This document shows, one piece after another, positions 63,501 through 64,000 of a stretch of 64,000 bases of DNA. Source of the DNA: Nemertoderma westbladi (Eukaryota; Animalia; Xenacoelomorpha); assembly GCA_032718475.1 (NCBI GenBank), contig JAUCBJ010006988.1, positions 124,001 to 188,000 on the forward strand. The letters run 5' to 3'. The stretch's first letter is position 1, and each line of letters begins with the position of its first letter. A program made the translations under genes and the position numbers. The notes beneath the pieces were generated by a model. It ran no database searches. It was not told where the DNA came from and worked only from the letters and a program-made list of their open reading frames with translations.

Positions 63501-64000
63501 GAAACTCCGGATGGAATTAAAGTTGCCTTGGTTACCTCTAAGGCCTTGATAAAAAACAAGCTACGAGTTCCTCGAGCGGAGTTAAAGGCGGCTCTATACG
63601 CTACAGCCATCGGCCGGAATGTAACAGAACAGATCAACTATCCACTGGAGAAAACTGTCTATTGGACTGATGCTTTACTCGTTTTGGAGTATATAACCAA
63701 TGAAGTCTGTCAGTTCAGCGTCATCGTTACCAACAGAGTAGCCATTATACTTAGTCGCACTAATGTAGATCAATGGAGACATTGCCCTGGGACGATTAAT
63801 CCAGCCGACATCGCCTCCAGAGGAGCAACTCCTCAAGAACTGATAGATACTCCAGACTGGTTAGGTGGACCCGACTTCCTAAGTAAAGAAGAGGATGAAT
63901 GGCCTCCTCATCTCACCACGGCTGAGATTAGACAAGCCAAGGGAGCGGAGAAAGTCAAACCCAAAACCCGGATGAGTAAATCAAAGTTATTTAAACCCGT
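54576..64000 (+). mobile_element. BEL/Pao LTR retrotransposon, copy C (runs off right edge)
   Basis: Starts TGTAAAAGCTTTTGCGGA. A 3.1-kb LTR/leader precedes the gag ATG at 57667. Closely similar to copy A. Confidence 0.93.
57667..64000 (+). pseudogene. BEL/Pao gag-pol of copy C (gag, knuckles, protease, RT, RNase H; multiple stops/frameshifts)
   Basis: ALLDSGSTG, YMDD and LHVFGDASD motifs across fragmented ORFs. Confidence 0.95.

Overview
Repeat-rich animal (metazoan) genomic DNA, not prokaryotic. About two thirds of the window is three decayed copies of one BEL/Pao LTR-retrotransposon family. Copy A (minus, <1-21366) is interrupted by a full-length CR1/L2-group LINE at about 10499-16937. 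Copy B (plus, 24119-36921) is 3'-truncated and lacks the protease. Copy C (plus, 54576->64000) runs off the window. Host genes are a two-exon cyclin C (minus, 43741-45245) and, head-to-head with it, an SRP/7SL RNA gene (about 45800-46098). Also present are a tRNA-derived SINE, two RTE remnants, an L2 remnant and three tandem arrays. The most notable candidate system is the BEL/Pao element itself. Downstream of integrase it has a 1.7-kb non-coding spacer with covarying hairpins, followed by a co-oriented extra ORF of more than 830 codons. The ORF track only partly shows this ORF, and its distal part resembles a DEDDy (RNase D/WRN/EXD2-like) 3'-5' exonuclease fold. The element also has a 3-4 kb LTR/leader with covarying hairpins. 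Two minisatellites can be traced to their seeds. A 5-kb 21-mer array grades out of the last codons and stop of cyclin C, and a 1.5-kb 35-mer array was amplified from inside an L2 ORF2. All identities and structures were judged by eye; no searches were run.
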